A DNA stretch of 64,000 bases from Marsupella aquatica. Lineage: Eukaryota; Plantae; Marchantiophyta. Shown one piece after another: positions 51,680 through 64,000 of this stretch. Every line of letters begins with the position of its first letter. Within the stretch, counting starts at the first letter, position 1. Location: NCBI GenBank assembly GCA_973895155.1, contig OZ316891.1:10045875-10109874 (forward strand), read 5' to 3'. The position numbers and the translations under genes are program-made. The notes under the pieces are model-generated. The model worked only from the letters and a program-made list of their open reading frames with translations. It was not told the origin of the DNA and did not search any database.

Positions 51680-52760
51680 GGAACACCTATAAAGGCCCCA
51701 GATTTAAGACCCGCTATTAAGTAAGGAATACTCTTATCATCTTATCCTGGCCAGTTTAAAAAATCCTACAAATTACCCTTCTCCTTCTCTTGCCGGTCGC
51801 CCGATACCTGGAATAGTGGAATCCTTCGTCCGCCTCCTCCCCACCTCCCCACCCCCCGTCCCCTCCACTCCCGCCCTCGCGCCCGGCCTCCCGCCCGCGT
51901 CCCCACCGACTCCACGTCGCCCCCTCCTCGCCTCGCGTCGCCCGGCCCCGGCCCCGGCCCTCCCGTCCTTCGCCCCCGGGCGAGGCCGGCTCCTTCCTCT
52001 TTTAGGAAAGTCTGCGATCGGTCTCCGCCGTGTTGCGTTTTCTGGTGGATGGAAAATCGTTGTGTAGGCTTCTCGTTCCAGTCGAAAGGAAGGAAGTGAG
52101 ATGAATGATGTGAAGTTAAGTGAAGTGAAGTGAAGTGAAGGGGAAGGACAGGAAGCGAAAGGAAAGGAACGGAAGGAAAGGAAGGAAGTGAGTGAGTGAG
52201 TGAGTGAGGGAGTCTGCCCTCCCTGCGATGGTCCTACCTCGATCCCCTTCTGCACTTGTCCACACACATGATTTGAGTGTTCTGGATATCCTCGCGCTGT
52301 GTGTTCAATCAGAAGTGCACAACCGGAGCCGCTACCATCTAGCATTCTACCGGATCTGCTCGCTGAGCAGCGGTCTCGTTGCTCGTTAGGCTTGGGATTG
52401 GGATTGCAACGAACGACCAACGACGCTGCGCAGCTGGGTCTGCTGCTGCTGCTGCTGCCTCGGGGCTCCTACCCCTTGCGCGCGGGCGTGCGTGCGTGTC
52501 CCTCCCTCTCAATCTCCATTCTCAGGGACTCTGACGACGCTAAGTCACTTGCTTCCTATTGCATGCACTTTGATTTGCGGGATCTATCTCTCTCACGCAC
52601 TCGTGCTCGCTCACTCCCTCGCTCGCTCGCTGCATCTCACTTGCCCCCGTCCCCGAGTTAGTTTTACAGAATTTCTTCCTCTGCCTGCTCCGCCCCTCCC
52701 TACCTCCGTGCCTGCCTCGCTGCCTGCCTGCCCTCGGCTCGCCCCTCGTTTGCTGCAGGC
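51680..52760 (+). promoter_or_regulatory. Putative promoter/5'UTR region of the GlcAT14-like gene
   Basis: TATA-like CCTATAAA at ~51687, CpG-rich C-rich tract 51780-52030, (GTGAA)n/(GGAA)n/(GAGT)n microsatellites 52110-52208 and CT-rich stretches. TSS not determinable. Confidence 0.4.
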
Positions 52761-54056
52761 ATACTGTGAGGAAAAAAATGGATGATTGTTAGGGGATCCG
52801 GATCCGGGGACGCGACACTTTTGGATCGTCTTGCCTGCCGGTCAGGGCGGGGTGACTCGTTGAATCCGCCGTCGTCTGCATTTGGTCCGGGCCGGTAATT
52901 TTCTCTTCCAAGCAGGCGGGGCCCGTGCTTTTGTGTTCGAGGCTTACTAAGTTAACCTTTGCTCTCAGGAAACTGCGTCAAGGGTTGAATGGATCGGAGG
53001 ATCGATTGGGAATGGGTACAAGGGGTAGCTTGTCTGAAAAAAGGGGAGAATGCATGAGATTAGTGTTGTGCGTGCGTTTGTCCATTTCCCGTCGTGGCAG
53101 ATGGTGATTGTGCAGATTTTGAGGATTGGGATATGTTTTGCTGTTTCTAGTTGTCGGTCCTACTTTCTTTAGCCGATCACGACGATGGCGTCCCGCACTT
53201 CCCTTTTCAGGCCTCGCACTTTCGATTTTGTGGCGGTTTTTTGAGCATAGATTGGAGCATTTTCAAGTACGTGTGGGATCCACCGCCTGATGACAATGCT
53301 TTAGCACTGCGGGACCTGCCGGCCTGTTTAGGGAGCGGTGGGAAAGCTCCGATGTAGAACAGATTGCTTGCTCTCTCGATCTCGCCGAGAGGTTACGTCC
53401 TCGTTCTTGCTTCCAAAACGGTCGGTAATTATGCCGGAGCTGCTTTCGCGTGCAGAGTCAGACCTCTATGCCGTTTTGCGAAGAGTTCATTGTCACACTG
53501 CACATGTCGTATTTCCTCGTAATTGAGGTCGTAATTGTTATGGTTTTTTTTACCTCTGACGCTTCACGTCGCCCCGTCCCTATCCTCTGCTTCTGTCGTC
53601 GAAGCGCTGACGAATTTGCGGGTTAATTGTAATGCAGGCCCACACTCCAGGCCTCGCGATGTATCTCTTCTTCTCCCGATGAATTCGACCGGCTAGAACT
53701 CCTGAGCTGACACGAATAACTTGGGATCAGTTTCGAGTATGTGGTGTCGGAAATTTCTCGGTCGCGACAGACCTATATATGTGGGAATTTCTCATGTGGT
53801 AACTTCAATGTGAGATCGGGCCGTGGGAAGCCAGAATGGTCCCGCCATCCATCTACGCTACGATTCGCATTGAGGACGGATGCAAGGAATCGCCAGATGG
53901 CACGATGAGGATGCGTAGTGGAGGATTCGAACAGACTTGTGGTTTTCAATTGCTCTCAACTTACTTCCCCTGAGTTGTCTCGACAGTGCCGAAGTGGCTG
54001 GTTCAAGTACTAGGTCCACGATCTGGCGGAGAGGACAGGATTTTAGCTCACTGCAG

Positions 54057-56778
54057 ATGAGGATGAGGAAATTATGGCAAATCCCGGTGGGGTTGGCAAC
54101 AATGGAGCGGAAGTGGCTAGTACCCCTCGTGGCGAGCTCGCTGCTCTCCATAACGCTGTTTTTGGTCACCACAGTGAGTCTCGGGGCATCGTCTCGTGGG
54201 CCATTCCGGTGGGGTTTTTTAGGTAAGAATGATCCATCTCGGGTCACTTACGTAGAAGATTACTTGATACAACGGATGGCTTCGGACATGCCCCCTCCTC
54301 CTCGATTGGCCTATCTAATTTCGGGAACTAGGGGCGATGGACTGAGGATGAAAAGAGTGTTGCAAGCTATTTATCATCCTAGGAACCACTACGTCCTTCA
54401 CCTTGATATGGACGCACCCCCTCGAGAGAGAGTAGATTTGGCCAAGTATATCAGGCTGGAGAAAACTTTTGTGCAGGTGGGTAACGTGGTCATGGTGGGC
54501 AAAGCGAATTTGGTGACATATAAGGGCTCTACGATGATTGCCACTACTTTGCACGCCGCGGCAATTTTGATAAGGAAGAATGCGGATTTCGACTGGTTCA
54601 TAAATCTGAGTGCCTCCGATTATCCGCTAATCACCCAAGACGGTCAGTTTTCTATCTCCACTACAGGGTTTTTACTGGGATTTTGTGCTATCTGTATGTG
54701 TCAATCGCAAATGAAAATTAGTATGAAATGGTCACTACAACTAATTCGTTCACCTCAGGATGTCTTTGTCTCCTATCCAAGTGCTCGCTTTTGGGCAAAT
54801 AGAAGCCACTCCTTGCGGCTCAAGGAAGAATTCTCAACATCTCCGCATCCTACTTCAATTTTGAATGAATTGGGAATTCGGTGTTTTAAACGTTCGAAAG
54901 AGTTGGATATTGAAAAAATGGCGCTCAAATTCTGATGCTTGGCCTAATCCTTGGTTACAAAGGGATCTCCATCTCTGAGCATTTTAATTGGGAACTCTCG
55001 AAAAGGTCGCCTTTGTAGTACGTTACACCTGAGGACGATATAGATTGGGAAAAAATTGTGATTTGAACAGTTTGCATTTAGATGTGTATATCTTTTCATC
55101 TGTGGAGTGGTCTCGAGCCTCTTTTATCGTCTGTCGTACGAACCCATCCTGATCATCCGCCTTGCTCGCTGGTGGGGAGACTTCCAATCACTCAGACGTG
55201 TAAATTGGGCTCGTAGACCTGCACATTCCAATCTTATTCAATCGAAGGGTCAAGTGTAGCTATCTGGAGTTTCAAAATCAGAACGATTCTTTCCTTGATC
55301 GGCATAAGGTTTTCTTTTGCAGAGAAATGACTGCTTGAGGCCTTTTCTTGTCTCGAATTCTTCATCTTTGCTATTAGAAAATCTGAACCTTTTCTTTCAC
55401 CTATTGTCACTTCCCATACTGACTGTAACTTGACCCCTTCCCATCGAGTTTTCCTGTCTAATTGATATCAGTTTTAAACCCTAGTAAGATTCAGACGAGT
55501 ATTTTCAGTTGCTTATGAAAGTGTTGTTTTGTTTTGCTTTGTTTTGCTTTGTTTTGTTTTGTTTTGTTTTGTTTTGTTTTGTTTTGTTTTGTTTTGTTAT
55601 TTTCTTTTCTGGTTCTGACCATTTCTACGCATTCTTTCTGTTCCGACGTTTTCCAGATTTACTGCATGTTCTATCATATCTACCGCGAGATCTGAATTTT
55701 ATCGAGCACACAAGTGATATTGGCTGGAAAGAGTAAGCTCCCAATCTCGACAAAACTTTGTGATCCAATTTTCTTCATATAGATGAATAGGGGCGTTTGC
55801 TGACACTTGTTCATGACGTGCATAATGAGGGGATTTCAGAGTGGTCTAATGGGGTTGACTATCCTAATATGGTGTTGGCATTGCTGCAGAATTCAGAGGG
55901 CGAAGCCGATAATTATCGACCCAGGTTTATACATGAATAGGAAAACCGATATTTTCTGGGCCACACAAAGGCGACCTGTGCCTACCGCTTTCCAGTTGTT
56001 CACAGGTACGGGTCCTCTGATTAGAACGTCATTTCAGGCCTTGCCAGTCATGTCCAGTAGCAATTCAGTTTGTTATGCGGCAGTCACCATGTTGGGGAAT
56101 GTTTTAGAAATGGACGGTTTAAATGGTGGCCGGTGTCTGGTCTGTGCGTCAGTAAAGTTAAGAGTCGTGAGTGAACGATCTCAATGTTTGTACTGTGTCT
56201 TACGATATGTGCTTTGTACTTCTGTGGCTCACGTTGCTGTGCATTCCTGATCAGGTTCTGCGTGGGTTGCTCTAACAAAAGCATTTATGGAGTATACTAT
56301 TATAGGCTGGGACAACTTGCCACGACAGCTGCTCATGTACTATACCAATTTTGTTTCCTCACCAGAAGGGTATTTTCACACAGTTATCTGTAATACTCCT
56401 GAGTTCAGCAACACGACAGTAAATCACGATTTGCACTACATTGCCTGGGATACACCTCCGAAGCAACATCCACTTTCTCTCACCGTCAGAGAACTTAGTA
56501 ATATGACGGCCAGTGGGGCTGCTTTTGGTCGAAAGTTTGACGAGGACGACCCTGTTCTTGATGTGCTTGACAAAGAGTATCTCGGGCGCAGTGGAGGCCG
56601 CTTAGCTCCAGGAGGCTGGTGCTTGGGGCCTTCTGAATACGGCCTTGACCCGTGTGATGTTTTGGGAGATCCTAACATCCTTAGACCAGGGCCTGGAGCG
56701 AGGCGATTTGAGAGTCTGGTTCTCAGCTTACTATCGCCAAGTACATTTCGTGCTAGTCAATGTGCCATGCCCACCTGA
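54057..56778 (+). CDS. GlcAT14: Beta-glucuronosyltransferase GlcAT14-like (GT14, Core-2/I-branching family), ~433 aa
   Basis: Exons 54057-54642, 55657-55732, 55890-56005 and 56255-56778 (1302 nt, all GT-AG, frame intact). N-terminal signal anchor (KWLVPLVASSLLSITLFLV) and motifs PPRLAYLISG, YHPRNHYVLHLD, DWFINLSASDYPLITQDDLLH, NFIEHTSDIGWKE, LFTGSAW, GWDNLPR.LLMYYTNFVSSPEGYFHTVICN. Confidence 0.96.
55524..55598. repeat. (TTTTG)n microsatellite in GlcAT14 intron 1
   Basis: Run of GTTTT units near the 3' end of the intron. Confidence 0.95.
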
Positions 56779-57645
56779 TGCGAGGACCGTGGGATCCCTT
56801 GTCCATTCTATAGCACCAGTATTGGGAATTTTTGTGTGACCGTTCTTTACTCTAACTCCTTGCACACATGGATATCGCATCCAGAGACTGGTGGTCAACC
56901 ACAGCAATTGGTGTCAAACGACAATTCTTCTCAGCAAGTCCTTGTAGAGATTTCTCTCTCGGAGCTACTGAGTACAATTCCGGCATTCATCTCCACCTGG
57001 AAGCATTCAAGATCTGGCAAAACAGCCTCATCCAGTGAAAGAGAGAAATAAGTTACTGTGTATAAGCTTGAAACCAAGGTACATGATTTGAGCCCACTTT
57101 GGAGGATTACTAGTTGTTTAGATTCATAGTCTATGGCCAGAGATATGGGTGACCGACTTACTGATATATCTGTGATCCTAGGCATGTGAACCTTTGAGGG
57201 TGGTGTAATATATTATCAAGGCAAAAGGATTCACGTCTCTGGGACTGTCTGTGTCCTCGTAAGGTGCATGTGGGGGTTCTTGTTTTATGTTGCAACACCG
57301 TGTTCACAACTGTAACAAAGTATTATATGGTTCATCTAATTTTGCCGCATCCTCTCGGATTCCTGATGGCCCTCGGTTGTGAGGGCAATTCTCTGCCAAG
57401 CTGTTCTTTCTGGGTGTGTAAACCATCTTGGCGCACAAGCCACAAATTCCTGAGTAAAGTACTCAGGGTCACTTGTAGTACCCATGTCACAAATAGGATA
57501 GTTGTGTAAACAAACAGTACTCAGGGCTAACTGGTGATTTCCTTATAAAAACAGACTTGTTTCAAATGTGATTTTCATTAATCTACGTTTTGAGTGGTAG
57601 ATGGCCCGTGTGGTGAACTACTGAGACATCACTGATACTTCAGAA

Positions 57646-57821
57646 TTCCCATCCGAGAAACTTAACGATTGTCACCCGGCTCCAATTGCCTCCCCAAATC
57701 GTACCTTCAGGTATGTTAAATATGGTGACGGTGCTCTTCCCATACGAGAAACTTAAGCATTGTCACCCGGCTCCAATTTCCTCCCCAAATAGTACCTTCA
57801 GGTATGTTAAATATGGTCACG
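57646..57821. repeat. 91-bp tandem duplication
   Basis: TTCCCAT.CGAGAAACTTAA..ATTGTCACCCGGCTCCAATT...CAGGTATGTTAAATATGGT at 57646 and 57737. Confidence 0.9.
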
Positions 57822-58007
57822 ATCCAGAGCATGCGGAGAGCAACTGATATCCTTGACACGGTCGTTTGCCAGGAAGTTTCTCCTGCTTTGCAACTGTGTT
57901 TGCACGCTTCTCCACAAGTAAAATTTAACGGCTTGCATGGCCGAGACATATTTTTGTCACCGATTGCATCAAATAGCAGCGTCGTTAGTTCGGTCTACGG
58001 TGAGGAC

Positions 58008-58131
58008 AACTGTGAGTCAATCCACCTTGGTCCAATCAGAAACACAATTAGGAGCATAATGACCAGTAAACTGTGAGTCAATCCACCTTGGTCCAAGGAG
58101 AAACACAATTAGGAGTATAATGAGCAGTAAC
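58008..58131. repeat. 61-bp tandem duplication
   Basis: AACTGTGAGTCAATCCACCTTGGTCCAA...AGAAACACAATTAGGAG.ATAATGA.CAGTAA at 58008 and 58069. Confidence 0.9.
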
Positions 58132-61099
58132 GACCGTCACTCCGCAGTTCGAGGTTTAGTCGGGTCTTGCAAAGCTGACGAGATATCATTGGAAATTGCA
58201 CTAGATCACGCATTTCGATATTGTACCTACTGTAGTCACTTTGGACTTTCCCCAATCAGAAACAGATTGGCCAGTGGATTTGTTATCACATCCACTCCGA
58301 TTAAAGCAGTGGAAATAGGCCTGTAGGTTCTGCCCGTAATATAGCTTTGCCAGAGGAGAGAAGGGGAGACAAACCTGTCACCTTTTGGTACAGTCCTGCC
58401 TACGTCAATCTGTCATCTGTGCGCGTCATCCCCCACATGAACTCCAAAGATTGATGGCAAGATTTTCACAAGGTTTAGCAGCTAGAACGAGGAACCGAAA
58501 CCCGGTTTAATTGGCTGTCGGGGCGTAGGCTGGGGACATTTGCAGATTTATACAGTACTTCAGTGTAACACTAAAGACTTGTCTGTTTAGGATCAGTAGA
58601 GAATAACTCCCACTTTTCTAATAAAACAAAAAACCCACTTTTCTAGCTCAGGTGAATGGTTGATCGTACTGAAGGCGGAGAGAGCTGTCCACCAACCAAC
58701 CAACCAATTTTAGCCAAGAATGAAAGAAATTGACAAGAATGAGATTTGGAGAGATGAAAGAAGAAGGCTTTCCCACGTAGGAAAAGAGTGACAAGACTTG
58801 TCGACGTCACTCATACAATTCATAGCTCGCTAGGTACGCTCGACGGTGGGCTTCCATTCAAAACTAAAGACAATCATAAGACACAAGGACAGCCACTGTT
58901 ACTATAGAATTCCCAAAGAGACGAGAGTGTACTGGGAGCTAACGGCAATCCTGGCATGCTCATGCTCAGACCCTAAACAAACAGACCGAGAATTGACGTA
59001 AGAGATTGGAAAAATTGAACAAAACCGTTAATCGTCTCCGAAATTGGGAGCACGGAATCGTTCCGAGTTCCGAGTCGATCTGCTGCAAATTCGAGCGGAT
59101 CGTCTTCTTGACCCAATTGTCGATCCGACATAATGCGTTGTGAATTGACTAAATGCCCAGATTGGATTTGCCAGAAGAGAATGCAAACACCATTGCGAAG
59201 AGCTCCTCTTCCTGCGGTTCAATATCTGGATGGCGTAGATTTGCAGCGGAGAATTTTGGTAGTGGCTTATATAGCTTAGACTGCTTTCTGCTCTTCATTT
59301 CCTCTGATGGCGCTCTCCATTCTGTACCTCAAGCGGAACACAGCTTCTCGATCGATTTCGGTCCCTGTGAATTAGTATCCAAACTCCTCCCCCCCAGTCT
59401 CACAGTCTCACAATCCGTCATCGGGGATTCACAGCTGAAGCTCAGGATTAGATGAAGGTGGAACACTTCTTGCAGGAGCTCAAGAATTTGATCCTTTATG
59501 AGAAAAGACCACTTGATGATCATGTTCTAGAGTTCTTCTTGCAACATCAGCTGGTAAACTGAGTTCGATTTGGCAATTCATATGAATCAGATTGACAAGA
59601 GGAGTCTCTGTTTATCAGCTCTTGCACTAAGAAGATTCGGCAACTCATATGAATTCATACTGTAGCTCGGGGGTCATATGAATTCTAGATTGGGGGTTTC
59701 ATTAGGCAAAAATGACACATCTTATTCTGCAATGAAACATAGAGTAATTCTATTGACTGTAAAGAGTATTTTGAAATTTTTGTTTATAATTTTAGTGTCT
59801 TTTAAATACTATTCTGAAGCTTATAACAAAATCTGGAATTTTAAAACATTTTAAAGAATTTTCACAGGTGTACCGAACCCAAAAAACATTGCAAGTGATC
59901 TGAAAGGCTCTAGATAGTGAGACCGCGGAGATTCCTAGACTCCTGAGTTTGTACTCATAGAATTGAAAGGGTTGTTGTGTGTTCGAGTGTGCATCCAAAC
60001 AATTATAACTATCTACTCTGACTTGTATTCCCTTCATTAGTTTCTGCCACCTAGCACAACGGCACAGGTCACAAAAGTGACCTTTGACTACAAATGAAGC
60101 TCAACGTGCTTGGTGCGAGCAACATAACTATTATCAGGCACTCTGGCTGGCATGATGAATCCCACCACGTTTGTTTAGTGACCTCAGTGCCCCTCGTTGA
60201 ATGTAAATAGAGGTGACACATTCAAGCCCTACGGTAGCCATTTCACAGACTTACCCTCACCTTGCCTACCCATCGTCTTCTTGTCACACCCCAACTTCAC
60301 ATCCCAATTTCAAGTATGCTCCGCAGTTAGTTTAGCATACTTGAGAGCATAGCATCTGGTAGTATCACGATGAAGCACACTTATTGCGCAATTCTCATCC
60401 TTGTGTCCAGCTTGCCTGACTGCCTCACCCTTCCCCAAGGGAAACAATCGCTTGTAAGTATTGGGTCTAGGCCAAAGATCTTTCTAAGAACCAGGGCATG
60501 ATGGCCCAAATTTCTGCACTAAATGAGAGAGCCTTTTTGTTTTTACAGTGTTCGGATGGTTGAAGACTCCACTAATTCAGCCACAGGGTGAACTCACGAC
60601 GTGTCCAAAAGGGCAGATGTATGACACCAGTGAGCTACAGCTCGTTCAGAGCATATTTGCTTTTGAAAATGATTTATATGTGATTTTCCCAGGTAATTGC
60701 CCTAAGGTAACGTCATTTATATGTGATATTCCCAGGTGTGCAGACGTTACCTTAGGGCAACAGGCAATGACATGTATTGGGTCCAAGTAGAGGGCATTAA
60801 GTGCACCTCAAGAAAACAAATGTTCAAAATCATTGGACTAAATATGTTTTAGTATGCTCTGAGTCTGAAGGATCGTCTAGGCAGGAAACATTCTCGACTT
60901 CGTCAAGCTAAGGAGCTGATTGATCAGGAGCGTTATGTGTGGATGTGTGGATGGGCCACGGTGGCGTTTGAATTTCATCTGGATAAGGGGTGCTTTACTA
61001 CTCTGGCATCGCCTTACAAGATTGACTATTGCTGTGTTAAGTCATTTCTCATTTTTGGTGTAGGACAGGGTTCAATCTACGTCAGTCATACAACCAGAG

Positions 61100-61350
61100 C
61101 ATAAACCAAGACACATGATGTTCAAATCACTTGGTTTGTAGATCATAAATATAATGTAGTGGTTTATGTTTTGATATACTAAGTGCATAAACCAAGACAC
61201 ACGTTCAAAGCACTTGGTTTGTAGAATGTTAATATAATGTAGTGCTTTATGTATTGGTGTACTGAGCAGTTTAACATGAAGTGGTTTGTAGATCATTAAT
61301 ACAATGTAGTGGTGTATGTTTTGGTGTACCTAGCAGATTAACATGCAATG
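61100..61350. repeat. Diverged ~70-86-bp tandem repeat, 3 units
   Basis: TGGTTTGTAGA.C.T.AATA.AATGTAGTG.T.TATGT.TTG.T.TAC recurs three times. Confidence 0.8.
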
Positions 61351-62189
61351 GTGCAGGGCCTGCTTTACACCTGAACTTGCACTTTTTAGGTACTCTAGCT
61401 TTAATTGATGTGTTCCTTTTAGGTTCTTGTATTGTGGTACTTTTAAGGTTCTGGTTTTAGGTTTTCTCCTGGGGCTTCAGAGTTGCCCTCTGGCCTCTCT
61501 GATGGAAATTATGTACTCCCTTGGTTCCTGGATTAATGTGGATTAATGTGCTGCCTGCTATAATAACATCTGTGTGGAGCAGCAACATATAAGCGGGTCG
61601 TGTAGAGGGGATTGAGATGTAGGGTTTTGGGTTTAGTATTCATGTCAATCCGAAGAATTGGAAGTGGGTTGTTGACAGGGTGAGGTTTGGAGCTTCAACA
61701 ATTGAAGACGGGCTAAACAGGTTGGCTTGTCCAGGGCAAGAGAGAATTTTGAAGAGCTCTGTTTTGCTATGTCAATGATTGATGCTTGCTAGCTGAAGAA
61801 GTTCGTTGTTGATATTGAGCAGCAAGACATAGGGAACATGTTTGCTGAGAGGCAGCCACAGGAAATAAATCGACAGCAGAGCGGAGACCGTAAAGAGGTG
61901 GCCTGCCATCGACCCCTGTGTCTGCATCGGTGATCGAACCGGGGATCGAACGAAGGAGAATGAGACCGGAGAAGTCGGGGGATAATAAGAGCAATTGGCC
62001 TTTCAATTGGTGGAACTTGGAAACTACGTTGGAGCTCCTAGCTGGCACGGATTGGGCGAAACGTGGCAAAGTGGAGAAAGATTGTAGCCAACCTTACCAA
62101 TCCGTGTGGGCATCATTGCAGAGTAAACTTACAGAAATTGGCCGACACAAACGGGCCGGTTAGAACTTGAAATTCAGCAGAATCTATAT

Positions 62190-63817
62190 GGCTAAGAGAA
62201 GATTTGTGAAGGCTACAAAGCTTTGAGGTCGAAATAGCCATACTCATGGCCTCTTAATTTTTACTGAATGGACTGTAGATGGCCATCAACAAGCTCTTGT
62301 AGGGAAAAACATAATGTGGGCGAATGCTACTGCTCCACAGGGCCCACGTTCTGATCCAGAGGTTTGATAGGTTTATGATCTAGCTTTACAAGGAAGAAGT
62401 CGATTGGAATTCAGCACCGTTTTGCTATCATGTGAAGAATGAAATAAAGGCCTTTGCAGGCATTTGCACTGGTTGCTCTATTTGACAGGATAGCAGGCCC
62501 GTCAATCTGGCATAGGTCCAAGACATGAGGATACATCACAGGCCCCAGATGCGGTTGCATCTCATAAGCTGCTGCTCTTTTGTGGAAACGATTATCTGGG
62601 CCTGTCTGCTCATCCTGCAGTTTGTACTGCGGCGGCCAAGGTGAGTGTCAGAGTGAGAGTATGCAAACATAGGGATATATTGCTCTTCCGTTGTCCCAAC
62701 TTCAGCTTGATGGTATATGCAGACTTAGCTATGATTCAATCTAGTGCAATGGATGTTGAAATAAATTAGATTCTTCTTTGTTGGACCTGGTTCGTCTTTT
62801 GGATTAGTGTTTTGCCGGTGATAAGACATTTGGTATTCTGACACAAGAATGGCTGTCTTGTCCTACGTCTTTATACCGTTATTGAATGGGCAGTACTGGA
62901 ATGTGGAATGGGACCGAGGGCTGCTGCACTTGTTTGTGGCTATACCCATCACCATTGTAATTAAGCTGGAGTCCGCCCTCGCAGAATTAAAACATACAGA
63001 AGTAAGTGCCTTAAGTAAATGGAAGAATGGTACATTTCAGTTCTTTTAGTAATAAACTGACTAAAGTCTGATCAGGGGGACAAATTCTGGGCCTTACCTG
63101 TTATCTTGTTTAGATTGAAGTGACTTGTGAGTAGAAACTAGTGTTGGAAGTTGGAAAAGAGAAGCCAATATTTGTGGGGGAGGAAAGAGAGAGCCTATGC
63201 ACAGAAAGACAATAATTAAAATTATAAAAGACAAAACCTTCTATATGATCCGCGAAGTAATTCATTGATGTTTGACAACGAGTTACATAACAGTATCTCA
63301 TTTACAAAGTATGCTCAACGTTCTTGTCATCGCAGAAGTGTTTATTATGTCCTACTGGCTTTGCCGCAAACATGGCAGTGATGACAGCCCTTGCTAGTGT
63401 CATAAAAGGAGGAATCACCGAAAAGGAGGGTTCTTTTGCTATCTTCTCAGATGCGTTGAATCATGCATCGATCATCAATGGTGTGCATCTTGCACAAAAG
63501 ACTGGTCGAGCTCAAGTCTACCTATACAGACACTCCGATATGGACCATTTGGAACAGCTTCTGTGAGTTTGGCTTTGCTATTCCTATCAGACCTATATGA
63601 GTAGTTTTGGAACCATGATAGCTGCAAGGGCACTTGAATCTTTTGGCTTTCACCATGGCCAAAGTCTCTCAACTGCCTGCTCTGAATTGGATAGGCTATT
63701 CCGGTTTGTTGGATTAACTTTTCAGGTCTAAACATAATTTTTTTAGATTCAACTCCTAAAACCTTCATCTTTGGACATGACAGGCTGCAGTGCAAGGAGG
63801 GTGGTCGTCACAGAAAG
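62190..63817 (+). pseudogene. BioF: Unprocessed pseudogene of 8-amino-7-oxononanoate (KAPA) synthase; expected to continue beyond the window
   Basis: Exon remnants: ..-62640 (HKLLLFCGNDYLGLSAHPAVCTAAAK), 62890-63001 (AVLECGMGPRAAALVCGYTHHH/KLESALAELKHTE), 63336-63562 (CLLCPTGFAANMA..IFSDALNHASIING..YRHSDMDHLEQLL), 63779-63817 (CSARRVVVTES). Lesions: acceptor GG at 62888-89, 4-nt insertion (~62959-62) giving TAA, broken acceptor or frame at ~63778, stops in the N-terminal part. Confidence 0.88.
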
Positions 63818-64000
63818 GTAGCATTTTTTTTTGCCTCATCTTGGAATCACAAGTCCAGGGCTTGTTGATCAGGGTACCTCAAGCAATGATTATTGTACAA
63901 CAAAAAAAACATCACTGAGCAAATTAGTAGTCAACTGGCTACCTCTCGCCATAAATGTACGCGGAGCTTCTTAGCGATTCATCAATCATAAGAAAAGGAG

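Noticed and set aside
51773-52785. 215-aa minus ORF and neighbouring Pro/Arg-rich ORFs
   Set aside because: They run through microsatellites and the GC-rich promoter/UTR of GlcAT14; compositional.
54643-54935. C-terminal part of the 332-aa ORF
   Set aside because: Read-through into intron 1; homology resumes at 55657.
59452-59553. Short ATG-initiated exon-like frame (MKVEHFLQELKNLILYEKRPL...) ending at a GT
   Set aside because: The next acceptor-like site (~60548) gives an immediate stop; similarity to the BioF N-terminus is too weak to call.

Overview
Land-plant nuclear genomic DNA with spliceosomal introns, probably from a bryophyte or other early-diverging lineage (inference only). It holds two apparently intact genes: a 2-exon 'serine-rich protein-related' gene with the CxCxPTxHxGSFRCxLH motif (29315-30288, +) and a 4-exon GT14/Core-2-I-branching beta-glucuronosyltransferase (GlcAT14-like, 54057-56778, +). 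A disabled, intron-containing BioF (8-amino-7-oxononanoate synthase) copy runs off the right end. Most of the rest is transposon debris: a chimeric Helitron with a PIF1 fragment, a MULE with a 10-bp TSD, a pogo/Tc2-like element, several MITEs, three solo LTRs with TSDs, two tRNA-derived SINEs, CRE/R2-type and L1-like fragments, a 165-bp tandem array and many short tandem duplications. The most unusual signals are two patchwork junctions (12458-12538, 16893-16967) built from exact 18-36-nt copies of sequence 1-2 kb away, consistent with templated-insertion repair scars. I saw no CRISPR array, tRNA or rRNA, and cannot support a wholly new biological system. All alignments were done by eye.
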